DNA of 63,552 bases, filler included, from Reticulomyxa filosa (lineage: Eukaryota > Protista > Foraminifera), in the NCBI GenBank assembly GCA_000512085.1. It is 25 parts of 25 records of this genome, joined end to end, with 100 filler letters (N's around TTAATTAATTAA, not from the genome) between each part and the next. Parts side by side here need not be neighbours in the genome. Positions count along the whole stretch, not along the records: positions 1 to 2,371 come from ASPP01001618.1; positions 2,472 to 4,856 come from ASPP01003797.1; positions 4,957 to 7,014 come from ASPP01025443.1; positions 7,115 to 11,705 come from ASPP01005246.1; positions 11,806 to 13,659 come from ASPP01025928.1; 20 more parts are not named here. One strand, written 5' to 3'. The position numbers were made by a program, and so were the translations under genes. Numbering within the stretch: the first letter of the stretch is position 1; the number at the start of each line of letters is the position of its first letter. Under the pieces are notes generated by a model. It was not told the DNA's origin. It worked only from the letters and a program-made list of their open reading frames with translations, and did not search any database. Positions 1-12,480 of the stretch are shown here, in pieces.

Positions 1-102
1 ATATATATATATATAATAATTGTTATGTGGTTATAATTTTTTTTTTTTTTTTTAAATATACGTATACCTAAATAATAAATAAATAATAAATAAAAAAAAA
101 AC

Positions 103-827
103 CTTGTGCCAAGGGAAGGATCGGTGGTGAAATGATGCGGATGAAATTCAACACATTTGATAAAGAAGTAATAACAAATAATGGAAATGATAACGTTGAA
201 AACGAAAATGAATTGTCCAACAGTTTTTTTAAAAAGAAAGACCAAAAGGAAAAGGACGATAATGTAGAGTACGATAATGATGTCAACAAAGATGATATAC
301 AAGACATAGTCTTTGGTAAATATGGTGGACGACGACACAGGAAAAGGGTTGGACGACCAGCTCAAGTCGTTCCATTGAAGTTGCTCCGGGTATGTCAAAT
401 TGAACACTTCATTGCAACAACTCACCCACTTTTGCGGATGCGTGTAAAAGTTAGAGTGACATACACTCCATTCAAACTTTCGACTGCGAGGGCGTTTTTG
501 GTGGTGGTAGTGCTGCAAACACGTGCAACAGTGATAAAGACCTGTCACCGTTTTGCTGTCAAATGTTATGTGTCTTTGGCAGTCCGTCGTGTTTATTGGC
601 AAATACGTGGCGTCCAATATTGAATCAGACATATTCATGGTATTGTTGTTACTGTCACTACTGCTGCTAGGTAGTGACGGACTGTAAAAGTGGTGCGTCA
701 GTTCGGTTTGCTTCTTTATACCAAACCAACTTATCACCCCTCCCACTATTAGCAACCGTATTGAATGGAGAACCACATACCACCATTCTGCTCTTTTTTG
801 TGGGGTTGTCGGAAGCGCGCACGGCAT
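103..827 (-). CDS. First exon of a hypothetical membrane protein (not in the ORF track)
   Basis: Manual translation from ATG at 827 gives MPCALPTTPQKRAEWWYVVLHSIRLLIVGGVISWFG...YHCCTCLQHY...VSCCNEVFNLTYP...YVLYIIFVDIIIVLYIIVLFLLVFLFKK...FIFVFNVIISIICYYFF. It has no stop before a GT donor (GTTTTTT) at 102. One N-terminal and two C-terminal hydrophobic segments bracket a Cys-rich loop. Confidence 0.7.
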
Positions 828-1003
828 TTTATTTTTTTTTTTTTTTCCTCCAATATTTTATTCAAATCAAGCCTATTTTGACGTGTGGTCCGTTTTTTTT
901 TCTCCCCAAAATATTCCAAACGGTGAAAAAAATAAAAAAAGATTTTTCCGTAAGTAATACCAAATTGTTTATGGGTACATTGTTTTATTGATCGTTTTCG
1001 AAA

Positions 1004-1033
1004 AAGAAGAAGAAGAAGAAGAAGAAGAAGAAG
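1004..1033. repeat. (GAA)n microsatellite
   Basis: About 10 GAA units visible, intergenic. Confidence 0.9.
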
Positions 1034-1223
1034 AAGCAAGCAAGCAAGCATGCAAGCAAAAAGCCAGTTGTTCTAAAGTAAAAATTCTACATTTATTTTA
1101 ATGCAAGCATGTAAGGTCTGATAGTGGAAAAAAAATCGTGCAGAAATAAATGGGAACATGCCGAAAAACAAAGTATAAATGAAATGAATAATTAGGTTAA
1201 AAAAAGACATGGTTGAAAAGAAT

Positions 1224-2371
1224 TTAAGAGAATACAGAATGAATGGAAAGGAGATTATTTTGTTTGGTAATATTCAAAACAGTTAATTGGGAAACAAAGC
1301 GTGAAAAAATGGACTGTTCACGGAGCTGCCTTGATTGGTGAATATTGACGTGAAGAAGGAACACCCTCCACATGTCTTGACCGCACCGAAGTACACTCAT
1401 GCCATAGATATTGGCCAAGTGCGAGGCATCTTTGGGATAGTATCCTTCCAAACAGAGTTTGGGGACACCAAGGTCCGACGTACTGTCAACGTCACGTTTG
1501 TGTTCGTCGCGAGTGTTGCGAACCTCGTCATCCGGTAGAGCAATGCGAAGAACAGCAATGCGATTAATGCCACCGGAGCCAATCAGCACAATGCTCAGCT
1601 CTTCGATATAATGCACGTACTCCAATCGATGACGTTGGTTGTTCATCACATGTTCTTTTTCGCACCACGACAGCAAGTCATTGAATCGATCCACAGTTTT
1701 TAATGATATCGTATCCATTAAGAACACGTCGCAACGACTGGTGCATACTACATATTGATATGTCTTTGTCTCGGAAGACGATTTCTTACTTTTATCTTCT
1801 TTTTGTATTGTCTCCAATTGCTCCATTGCAGTTATTATGTCCACATCAACCTCAATGTCGAGACGAGAATCGTTTAAACTGTCTTCCATTTCAATATCCT
1901 TTTTTTCATCACTCCCTTGTCTTTCTTCCTGCTCTCTTGTTTTCAACAGTAACATGCGTTTGGAAGGCGACACGTCTATGGCATTGCCATCCAAGGGCTC
2001 TCTCGATCGAGCTCGTTTCTGTGGACTCATTGCAAAAGACGTATCACTGCTTCTTGTTTGATCGCCATTCACATTCACATTCACATCCACGCCCTGCGTG
2101 ATATTGTCTGCTGCTATGACCGTCACATTCGCATTTGCATTCACATTTGCATTCACATTTGCATTCGCATTTGCATTATTCGAAGTGGAAGAAGAAAGAT
2201 CTGAGACGACATTCGACGCCAAGAGACCATCGCGCTGATAAAAAGCTTTTATTTCTTGTTTCCAACTGTCTCGCAGGAATTTTCTAGCCGTAAAGGCAAT
2301 TTGCTCTTTGTTGTTCGTCTCATTTGCTTCTTTTTCTTCTTCTTCTTGTTCTTGTTCTTCTTCTTGTTCTT
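1224..2371 (-). CDS. 3' part of a hypothetical protein with a beta-rich C-terminus, weakly CRT10-like
   Basis: 332-aa ORF that continues toward the contig edge. It has a low-complexity N/A/V region, then a globular part with RLEYVHYIEELSIVLIGSGG..RIAVLRI, which is reminiscent of the CRT10 C-terminal motif (weak). Confidence 0.6.
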
Positions 2372-2471
2372 NNNNNNNNNNNNNNNNNNNNNNNNNNNNN
2401 NNNNNNNNNNNNNNNTTAATTAATTAANNNNNNNNNNNNNNNNNNNNNNNNNNNNNNNNNNNNNNNNNNNN
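2372..2471. other. Artificial contig linker (first of 24)
   Basis: N44-TTAATTAATTAA-N44. Identical copies start at about 4857, 7015, 11706, 13660, 14964, 16301, 18351, 19865, 28421, 30050, 31849, 33485, 34860, 36133, 38062, 40019, 44345, 46108, 49425, 50931, 53017, 57416 and 59557. Confidence 0.99.
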
Positions 2472-2479
2472 TTTTTTTA

Positions 2480-3561
2480 AGGAACACAACGGAGGACAAG
2501 GAGTTCACTTAAATGTGAAATGTGACATGTGCGGTGCATGTCCGATTCGTGGCATTCGCTATAAATGCTCAGTGTGTGAGAATTACGATTTGTGTGAGGG
2601 CTGTGAGGCGAGTGGAAAACACCATGTGACGCACCCGATGGTAAAAATAACTCGCCCATTGTGTCAACGAACCATGGGAAGATGCCACTTTGCTGGCTTG
2701 CAAGAAATAACGGGCAGAAGACATCGAGGAATGTTCCGACGAGGTGGCCATCCTTGTTGGATGCGCTTTGCTTGCAATGCTAGACCATCCCAATGTGAAG
2801 GAGATAGAGATAGAAAGAACGAGAAAGAGAAAAACAAAAAGATGGAGAGCAAGAAAAAGACAAGGATAAAGAAAAAAGGAAGAAATGGAAATGCGCCGCA
2901 AAAGCAAGCAAATGCAGAAAGGATAAAAAAGATAAAGAAAAAAAATGGGCGAAATGTCAACAAAAATTACTTTGCAAATTAGAAAAAATTAATGCAAAGT
3001 TGAACGATGATTGCAAGACTGAAACAGAACAACCAACAGTCCAAATTCCGTGTATCTGCGGTTCTGTGTTGATCAAGACTACTGCAATGGAAGCTTATGG
3101 TCGTCGCCAAGTTGTTTGTGATTGGTGTGACAAGGATTGCTCTCGCGATGCGTTTATTTATCATGCCCTGAAAACTCGCCAAAACATTCTCAAGGTTTTG
3201 ATGTTTGCATTGAATGTGCTGCTTCGGCTACCCAATTAGAACGCAAAGAGGCCAATAAAGTGGTCGAAAAAAAAGAAGATGTGATTGTTGTGAACAAGGA
3301 CGTGGTGGAGGAGAAGAAGAATGACAAAGTCGAAAAAACGGAACAACTCAAAAACCTCAACATGAAGAAGTTTCAGCACCAGTATCTGTGCCAGAGCCAG
3401 TACAGGCACCAAAGGATCCTTTTGAGGACTTTGAGTTTAAAAATGAAGCTCGAACACATGTTGAAATGGGATTCACAGATCGCGATCGAATCATGTCTTT
3501 GTTGATCTCCAAAAAAGGAAATTTGGTTCAAGTCCTCTCCGAATTGTTGCCGCAGCAGTGA
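2480..3561 (+). pseudogene. p62/NBR1-like autophagy receptor (ZZ, second ZZ-like finger, UBA), frameshifted
   Basis: ZZ finger KCDMCGACPIRGIRYKCSVCENYDLCEGCE..HHVTHPM. A second finger VCDWCDKDC..FIYH/CPENSPKHSQGFDVCIECA is split over two frames. A C-terminal UBA (VEMGFTDRDRIMSLLISKKGNLVQVLSELL) ends at TGA 3559-3561. Several frame changes are needed to join the pieces. Confidence 0.8.
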
Positions 3562-4029
3562 TTGCACGGCAATCACTCCCAACGACTATTCACTTGTTTG
3601 TGTAATGGGCGGCTTACTATTTTCCAAAGTGGAAAATTTCAGAAAATGAAGAGGTTTTTTTTTGAACTCCCAGGAAACCGTTTCTTGTGTGGATGTTGGG
3701 TTTTTGTCTTGTCAACTTTGGGTGACTAAATTTTTCAACATTGTCAGAATTGAACAATCAAAAGGCAAAAGAAAAAGTAAGTCTCAAATTCGACACTTTA
3801 TCATTAGTCAAGGAAATAATCTTTACAAATTTTACTTGTTGCAGCAGTTTTTGACAAACAATTACCATGGTACTAATTGATCAGGAGCATTTGACTTGTC
3901 AAATTGGCAAGAACAAAGGGAAAAAAGAGCCTTGTTTTCATAACAAAGTAACCTTGTCCTTTGTTGGGCGCCAAATTGCTGAACTCCCTTGTCAAAGTAA
4001 AAAAGCATTTGCTTTTTCTTGTAACAACT

Positions 4030-4856
4030 TTAAATCTTGCATTTGCGAACACGAATTGATCTAGTGATGTCACAAAAATCCAAACGACCCCAACCACATG
4101 TGACGAACGAGTTGTCAAGTTTAGACGGAGATGGCGTGTCGGACGTGAGAACAAAGGACGAGCCAGAACACGAGGCATCAATAGAAAACGAGACAGCGTC
4201 ATCCCTTTGGCTGACGGGAATGACAAAAATGATGAAAAAGAGAATGAGGAAAAGCCGGGAGACGAGGAAGAAGAAAACGACGACCTTGGAAATAATCACA
4301 AATACTTTAACACAGCAAGGAGCAATTTGACAGAGGCAAGCATAAAGGTAGAAGAAACAAAGTTTACAATAAAAATGAACACAAACACACCGCCAAAGAA
4401 CAAAGCAACAGAATCAATTGACAAGACATTTCAGTTTGGGTTTAATTTTCGGTTCTTTTCTATATTAGCAAAAAAAAAAAGTAGTAAGTTAATATCAAAT
4501 AAAAAAATGTTCGGAGCGTTTCCGTCAGCATTTTTTTTTTTTGTTTTCAAAAAAAAAAAAAAAGAAAAACAGAGCGAAAATGGAAAACTGTCGAGTGAGA
4601 GAAATGGAGCAAGTGTGAATCCATTTTCGAAAAGTGGCAAGCAATTGAAAGAAATGTCGAACTCCAAAGCAGGACCAGTGTTGAAGCGCGAAGCGGAAGT
4701 GAGCAGCGCGAAAAAGAAAGAGGAAAAAAAAAGATTAGCGACGAAAAAAAAAACAGAAGAAGAAGAAGAAGAAAACAAGGCAGAAATGTTGGGGGATGAA
4801 AGCAACGAAGAAGACATGGATCACGTGATGGTCGACGATGAGTACAGATCAACAGG
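4030..4856 (+). CDS. Fragment of an acidic/Lys-rich hypothetical protein, possibly disrupted
   Basis: Overlapping ORFs 4037-4330 and 4207-4856 with E/D/K-rich composition and an intron-like T/A tract at about 4434-4560. No family recognised. Confidence 0.35.
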
Positions 4857-4956
4857 NNNNNNNNNNNNNNNNNNNNNNNNNNNNNNNNNNNNNNNNNNNN
4901 TTAATTAATTAANNNNNNNNNNNNNNNNNNNNNNNNNNNNNNNNNNNNNNNNNNNN

Positions 4957-6880
4957 TCTACCTTTTTAGACGAAATATCGAATGAATTGATATCTCTATT
5001 GATTAAAGAATAATCCAAACCAAATGACACGATTAATAAATGTAATTTGTAATAATGGTAAAATCCCTAAAAAATTATTAATATCAAAGATGACAAGTAT
5101 TCCAAAAAAAATAAATGCTATGAAATGTGATGATCTTCGAGGTATACGTATCAAATCTTCTTTACTATCAATAATAGATAAACTGGTACTTAATCGAATA
5201 TGGCCAATCCTAGAAAAAACAATACACAAAGAACAAAATGGTTTTATGAAAGGAAGGGGAACAGATGATAACATAGTCATCTTACGTATAATTCTATATA
5301 ATAGGAAATATATAACAAAAAAGAATTGTATATTTACCTTGATTGACATAAACAAGGCATTTGGTTCTGTTTGGCATAATGGCCTGCTTCATAAATTATA
5401 TACAACTGGTATAAAAGGTAAAATGTTACGACTACTACATTCAATACTAACAGAGTGACAATTACTTGTAACCAATGGTAATTGGTCTTATACCCCATTT
5501 CCAATTGAAACTGGGACAGGCCAAGGATATTCTTTAAGTGGTCCTCTATTTAATTTATATTTAAATGATATTATCACGGAGATTAAAAATAAAACAAACA
5601 TAAATCAAAAAATATATGATATATCAATATCACCTTGCTTATTGTATGCTGATGACATTATCACATTCACGGAATATCCAAATGATAATAATAAAGTGTT
5701 AAGTACAATACAAGAATACTGTACTAAATGGAAATTGAAGATTAATACCAATAAATGTATAATCTCATCAATTAAAAAAACTGATGATATACTATTGAAA
5801 GGAAACACCTTCAAAATTAATAAAATATCCAAGACTATCAAATACTTGGGAATAACATTTAATACAGCAACTTTATCATGGATGAAACATGTCGAAGACA
5901 CAATTGCTAAAGCAAATACAATCATCATACAAAGTCAGATAATGGGGATCATAGGAGGGAAACTTGAGATTAAAACACAAATAAAATATTACAAAGCAAT
6001 AATTAGACCTGTCATCGAATATGGCTTTCGTTCGATATTATTTCGGAAGAGTTTGATCACCCGCTTAAGCGCATTGCAACACTTAACGATAACACGTATA
6101 CTAAAAGTATATCGTAGCACATTCTCACCAGCGACACGGTTAATTGCAGGGATCCCATCACTTGAAGCAAGAAATAAGCATCTTTTAATCACAAATTGGT
6201 TCAATCTATTCAAGAATAACCATTTATCCGGTGAATTAATCAAACAAGAATACAATTATATAATGAATAACATTCATACATATATTGAAAAAATAAGAAC
6301 AAAAAAGAAAATACCGCCAGCAATAAACGTTGAAGTATTGAAAGCAATGATAGATAATGATATGCTGTGTTATTGGTATTTTCCACCAACCTACATGACA
6401 AGCCAAGAATGGAGTAAACTGGTAAAGAAAAGAATATATAAAAATGATTATATAAAAGATATAAAAGAGATCGAAACCAAGATAGCAAACCAACCGTTAG
6501 TACAAGTAATAAAAGAATGTAACCCAGACATGACACCTGGTAAACCGTTAAAAATGGAGATCATCAAAGAACAAATGATGATGAAGTAATTGAAAAAGTT
6601 TTTAGAATTTTATCGGGGAACCCGAAGTTCAAATGGAAGTCAAGAGATGAAAATGGATTTTCGCAAAAAAAAATGGGAACATTGTAATTGGTGTAATTTC
6701 GAATGGAAAGACCAAATCCAGCATATATTATATGAATGTAAACAATTTATAGATATAAGAAAAAGAATAATGATGGACCAAGCAAAGAACAATGAAAAGA
6801 TAATTCTAAACGAAACGTTTAGTATTAATGGTTTTATAAAATACTGTGGAGAAGCATTTAAAGGGAATGCATTAGTATAA
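4957..6880 (+). mobile_element. Decayed non-LTR retrotransposon (LINE) ORF2: reverse transcriptase plus C-terminal CCHC finger
   Basis: RT motifs in one frame: LRGIRI, EQNGFMKGRGT, IDINKAF.SVWH, GTGQGYSLSGPLFNLYLND, YADD, KYLGITF. C-terminal CNWC-x7-QHILYEC knuckle. In-frame TGA at 5456-5458 and a further disruption near 6587. Confidence 0.92.
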
Positions 6881-7479
6881 AAACCATAAGAATTCTGTCA
6901 AACAACATCAAAACATAAAAACTTGTTTGAAATTTTTCAAAATTTTCCAAATAATTATTATTTTTCTTATTGTATGAGCGAGTCAAAGTAGAGTGTGAGT
7001 TTTGGAGTGCTTTGNNNNNNNNNNNNNNNNNNNNNNNNNNNNNNNNNNNNNNNNNNNNTTAATTAATTAANNNNNNNNNNNNNNNNNNNNNNNNNNNNNN
7101 NNNNNNNNNNNNNNTAAGGCCCCCGTCTCCGCAAGGAGTAAACAAGGTTTGTTATACTTGTTTTGTTTTTTTGATATAAAATTGTTTGTGTTTGAATCCC
7201 AGACTCAGCCTGTCCAACAACAAAAAAAAAGTCCAATACTATTCAAAGAAAAATTGGTGTTGAAGCCTACACCACATTAAAAAAAATAGTTTAAATTTTA
7301 TTATTTTTTTTGTTTCTTATCAAATGTTTGTTTGTTTTGATAATATGCATGCTCCATACAACACAACCCCCACAAACAAAAAATTAACATCTTCCCTGTA
7401 ACAAAGAAAAAAAATAGGACCGATCTCAAATGAAACGACTACGCAGATCGAACAAACTACTGACCAAAGCGAACCGACT

Positions 7480-9420
7480 TAAGAGAATATAGCGTACTTG
7501 TAGCAAGGTCAAGTTGTGCCAAGACATTGAGCGGATAAATATATATTGTGAGTTTTTGTTAAGAATTGGCAGTGGCAATCCGAAGTATTTGAAATATTTG
7601 TATAAATGTACGTTGAACAATATGTACTCGATCGTTGTGGAAACTGACGCTAAGTTTATGAACACAGCAGCAATCGAAGCGCAAAAACTGATCATGTGAT
7701 TACGAGAATCTAGCCCAATGCAAAAAGAATAAAAATATAATCAGCGACAACGATATACGTCCAAGATGAAAAAGAAGAAAATAGCGCATTTGCGATCCGA
7801 GTGGGGTGTATGATGTATTACAAAACGTTCATACATTGTCGTCATTGAAAACGTTCTCATCAATGACCAGTGCCAATTCTTCATCAAAATGGTGACTAGA
7901 CCGGATGAAATGTGTATTTGGGAAACATTCGTTATGATGTCTTGGAGCAGTTGGACTAGATCTCAAACAAATTCAGACAACCTGAACCTTATGTGCCGCA
8001 ATTACCACCCGTATATGGAATCAAATCAGCCAAGAAAAAGAAAACGAAGACTTGCTGATATCGCGCAAAGTAGCGATGGTATCTCAACGACTGCAGCAAC
8101 TGAATCAGCCGAACAAGTGGAATACAAAAAAGGTGGCTCGGATGTGTTATGAAACAGTAACACATTGTGGTCTAGCAAATCACGACGTTGGAAGAATCGC
8201 TCAGTGTGCCAGTTGCTTAATTTGGTTGGGGGTTGTGCGAACGCAGGCAAAGATCACCTCCAAACAGAAAGATAAAGGAATAATAGAATTGTGAAGATGA
8301 ATAGAATAAAGAGGATCCCAAGAGTCCGGAGGTATCCGCGTTGTATTTGTTTTAAAAAAAAAAAATTCGTCGGCTTTGCTGCGTTAGTTATGGAATGGCT
8401 ATCTACGTGCACGAGTGTGAGTTTGCGCATTTTCGGACATGACTGGTTTCCCATATTGAGTCGCAATTGAAGCTGCTGGACGGTTATTGCAATGTCAAGA
8501 AGTGACAATACTTATGACGAAACCTACATATTCATTAACCAGCTGTTGCAAGATATTAGACTTGTTATGTGCGCCAACATTTGCGTATAGTCGATGTATC
8601 CATAGACTTTGGTTCGGTGTGCGTAAGAGATAATGTTTCTGCGTCGCTAATTTTAAAAAGCAACAATGTCTTGGTGGATGAACAGTTCAAAAGTCGTTCA
8701 ATCATTTGGCGAAACGAGCAATTAATTGCTTCAATGTGTTGGATGCATTTGTGGCGCTATGTTCTGCTGTGACCACGTAGAAAACATTGTCATAAGTGGA
8801 TTGCATTATTCATCCTTTTTCCCCACTATCGAAGATGCTGTCGCTGGTCACGAGCCGTTTGATTATCAAAAACAAGCTCAATCTGATTCGATAAGTTGAA
8901 GGACATTGTTATTGTAAAAGGCTGCCAATCAAGAAATGTAGCGCAATGAGGACGATCATTTCAATGTAACAACTTCCCAAGTTTGTTCAGTGTTCCAAAT
9001 AATGGAACACTTGATGGGGCATTGGCATTGAAGTCGATGCGCACATAGCAAGAACTTACTTTATGTCATCGCAAGGACTTGCTGTTATTCGATTGTTCAT
9101 TTATTTGCGCCGGTCCCCTTACTGTACCTGCCGTCATAAATCGTGCTTGTGTTCATTCTTGAAAAAGTTAATTATTTTATATTTATACATATATATTCAA
9201 TTACTAATAATAATGTAACATCTTTATACGTATATACTCACATGTGTGTTGCTTGAAATTTGTGAATATATATTCAAAATTACATCACATTTAAATGTAC
9301 AAGACGTTGCTGTTTCCATTGCCATTGACGCTGCAACGAATCCCCAGCAGCAATAGCAACTGTGACAGCAAGGCAACAGTAGTAGCATTATCGATTGTTG
9401 CAGCACTTGAAAGTAAAAGA
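7480..9420 (+). mobile_element. Possible highly decayed Mutator-like (MULE) element with SWIM, PHD and Ulp1 remnants
   Basis: Manual translation shows GCMMYYKTFIHCRH at about 7804-7845 (SWIM-like), HCGLANHDVGRIAQCASCLIW at about 8163-8225 (PHD-like), VPNNGT/xWGIGIEVDAHIARTYFMSS at about 8992-9072 and NPQQ/NSNCD at about 9340-9367 (Ulp1-like). Many stops and frameshifts; no transposase DDE core or TIRs identified. Confidence 0.4.
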
Positions 9421-10313
9421 TGGCAACTTCAAGTCAAATTGCTTATGATGAAAATAATAGTCAATCATGGATCCACACTACAAAGAACGCTCGCCTGCAT
9501 TTCTCCAATGAAAAATATTGTTCAATGATGAACAGGTCAATATTTTAATGAAAGCGCAGCGATCATGGATCATATATTGAGCTTTGAGTAATGTATCTTT
9601 AAAAAAAAAATTGAAGGTCAATGAATGTCACATTACAGATTGAAATGAATTGAACAATTTGAATGTGGAGCTGATTATTTCGTGATGATATAAGCAACAT
9701 ATGCCAAGTTATAATGTTTTCTTATGATGTGATTGAAAGATATTTGAAACATATTTGATCACACATATAACATAGAGTTCCAAAGAATCCAAGACTAGTC
9801 TGTCGAGCAATTAGGAAATGGTTGAGGTACCGGCAAGCAAATATTGAAGTGAACTTCAGCCAAAGTCAAGTTGGTGGCACATTCAATCTCAATGCATTAC
9901 ATATTTGGCACGTGTCTAAAATTTTTTCTGTGTGAGTTGCTTTGTGCTTCTCGAGAAATTTCTGTCTTTTTGTGTTGAACTGTGGTTGTTTTGTGATTTT
10001 TTCGCAATTTTAATTCAATGTCCAAATTCTCCAGCTTCCTAATGTCTATCTTTCATCTCAAAACTAAATTATTAGATTTCTCGCAAAAAATTTTTGAATT
10101 AGAATATTTTTGATATTCATTTTATTATGACTATAAATAGACAATTAATGCAATCGAGAAAACTACATTGATTCGATTTGGCTTATCTAATTTTCACTTG
10201 CGTGTTTGAAAAAACTGATAACTAGAATTCATTGCAGGTAGTAGTGTATAATAGACTGGTTTTGTTTTCTGTTGTTTAGAGTTGGTGCCAAGAAAAAAAA
10301 ACAATAACATTAG

Positions 10314-11668
10314 ATGAGTTCAGTTCATCTCAAGTGCTCCAAAAGAGCCACGCGTAAGCGTCGACTATGCGAAATAGGAATTGACTCTTGTCACTATTCC
10401 TGGCAAAAAAGACCTCGTGTAGCGTCTTCTTGCCGTCATGTAGAAGTAGACGACAAAAAGAATACGTATAACAGAAAGGAACAAGAAGAGGATGAAGACA
10501 ATGACGAGAGAGAAACAGAAAAGGAGGAGGAAGAGGAAGTAGAGTCAGAATCCAATGAAGCCAATGAAAATAAAAATGGTAGTAATATTGACGATTGGAA
10601 GTTGGGAAGATGTACGAGTTCTTTGGCCATGAAAATAAACAAAAGGACTAGGAAATTCCAAAAAAGAGCGGAAAAGGAAGAAGAAGAAAAAGAGGAAGAG
10701 GAAGAAGATGATGAAAATATGAATAGTAAAATAAGGCAAGGAAAAAGAAAGCAAAGATGGGCCAAAAAGTATAGAAATGTGAAAATAGTTAAAAAAAAAA
10801 AAAAAGAAACGAATGAAAATGACGAAAAAGATGATAATGAAGAAGAGGCCAACAATGATAAAGATAATAATAATGATGATAATGATGATAATGATGATAA
10901 TAATGATAATAATGATAATAATGATAATAATGATAATAATGATAATAACAAGAATGATAATGATGACAATAACAATGTGTTTTTACATTCAATAGAAAAG
11001 GATATCCAATGTGGAATATGTGTACAAATGTTTGCAGCACCAATAACATTAAGTTGTGGACATTCATTTTGTTACGTATGTTTGAAAGGCTATATGAAGC
11101 ATCGAAGCTTGTATTCCTCGCCGAAATGTCCAATTTGTCGGAGTTGCATAATTGTGGATTACGATCGTTGGAATGGCGGATTGACTATGAATTTTACCTT
11201 GCAGTCTTTGGCCGACAAAATGATTCCTCGCGTCTTGAGTGCAGACGATTTGGTTGATTATCGCTATCGATATCAACAATATTTGGTATGTGTCTGAGTG
11301 ATTTGCGTGAGATTTGTTTGGATGTAAATCAACACTTCTTCACACACACACACAAACACACATACATATATAATTGTATAAAGGATGATCAACACAGTAA
11401 TGAAGGCGTGAAACATATGACAGAGAATATCGAAAATGCTAATAACAACATTATAACAATTGACAGTGACACAGACAATACAAATAATAGCGTTAATATG
11501 AACTGGTATTTTTCGACCAATTCTTCAAATCACTCGCCTCCGCCACTCATGTCTTGGTTCGAGACTTCCAACTCGAATGTTGTTGAATCCGCACACGCTC
11601 ATTCTCATCCACAGACACAGACACATGCGCACAACACTCATAATACACATTTACATACTACTCATAGC

Positions 11669-11705
<37 letters not shown>
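10314..11705 (+). CDS. RING-HC (C3HC4) finger protein, putative E3 ligase, 3' truncated
   Basis: CGIC-x11-CGHSFCYVC-x13-CPIC followed by NFTLQSL. The N-terminus is acidic and Asn-rich. GT donor at about 11287; the second exon runs from about 11383 into an (AAT)n tract at the contig end. Confidence 0.88.
10862..10948. repeat. (GATAATAAT)n coding minisatellite (poly-Asp/Asn)
   Basis: Directly visible; it explains the spurious overlapping ORFs here. Confidence 0.9.
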
Positions 11706-12384
11706 NNNNNNNNNNNNNNNNNNNNNNNNNNNNNNNNNNNNNNNNNNNNTTAATTAATTAANNNNNNNNNNNNNNNNNNNNNNNNNNNNNNNNNNNNNNN
11801 NNNNNAACTTGGATTTTTTTTTATCTCTTTTTTCGTTAGCATTTTATATTTGCAAGTTTGTCTATTAGTAATATATTATTGCTATTTAATTGGAAAATCA
11901 TATTTTAGAAATTCACTATAGAGTACACGGCAACAAATAAAATCAATTTGCTTATCGTTCACTAACTGTAGATAAAGAACTTTCAACGTAGCACCAAAAA
12001 AGTGACGCAACTCTACAGATAAGCGTTCTAGATTTAAATGTTGGAATTGCTAACGTAACCAGTACGCTATTGCTTTCTATTTTGTGTGCAGTAGAAGTGC
12101 GTCACTGTTACTGGCAATAAAATACTATATATGAAAGTAACCCACTCGTTAGCTCATCACAAAAAGCAAAATATTTTCTTTTTTTCGAATATGAAGCCAG
12201 CTTTGTTTTTCTCCTTTTTTTAAATTTCGCAATGCTTTCATACTTTCAAAATTTTGGATTTAAATAGCAAATTGTCTATTTTGTTCTTGTAAACTTATAG
12301 AAAATTTCTATCTATGTACTCATTTCGAACTTTTGATGAAGATCAATAATATGTATTTTTTAAAAAAGACATTTTTCTTTAAGG

Positions 12385-12480
12385 AGCTTGGCATGATTGC
12401 TGATTGTTATTTACCCAATTGGATTTCTTCACAATGAACAAGAAACGCTAGAGCATATTTACTTGCATATCCCAAGTCTA
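12385..12480 (+). pseudogene. Possible relic of the N-terminus of a TRAF/RING-like gene
   Basis: Pieces CYLPNWI / HNEQETLEH / FTCI resemble CFNKEWILRSCPQEYIEHCICLIC of the gene at 26014. Frameshifts are needed to join them. Confidence 0.25.

Noticed and set aside
5456-5458. In-frame TGA in the RT as stop-codon reassignment or selenocysteine
   Set aside because: TGA terminates intact genes here (both WD40 genes, the cupin), Trp is encoded by TGG throughout, and the element has other lesions.
10436-11133. Overlapping ORFs with poly-Leu/Ser, His/Tyr or Ile/Met (also near 22490-22923, 28775-29749 and 61145-61597)
   Set aside because: These are alternative-frame or antisense shadows of trinucleotide repeats in the real genes.
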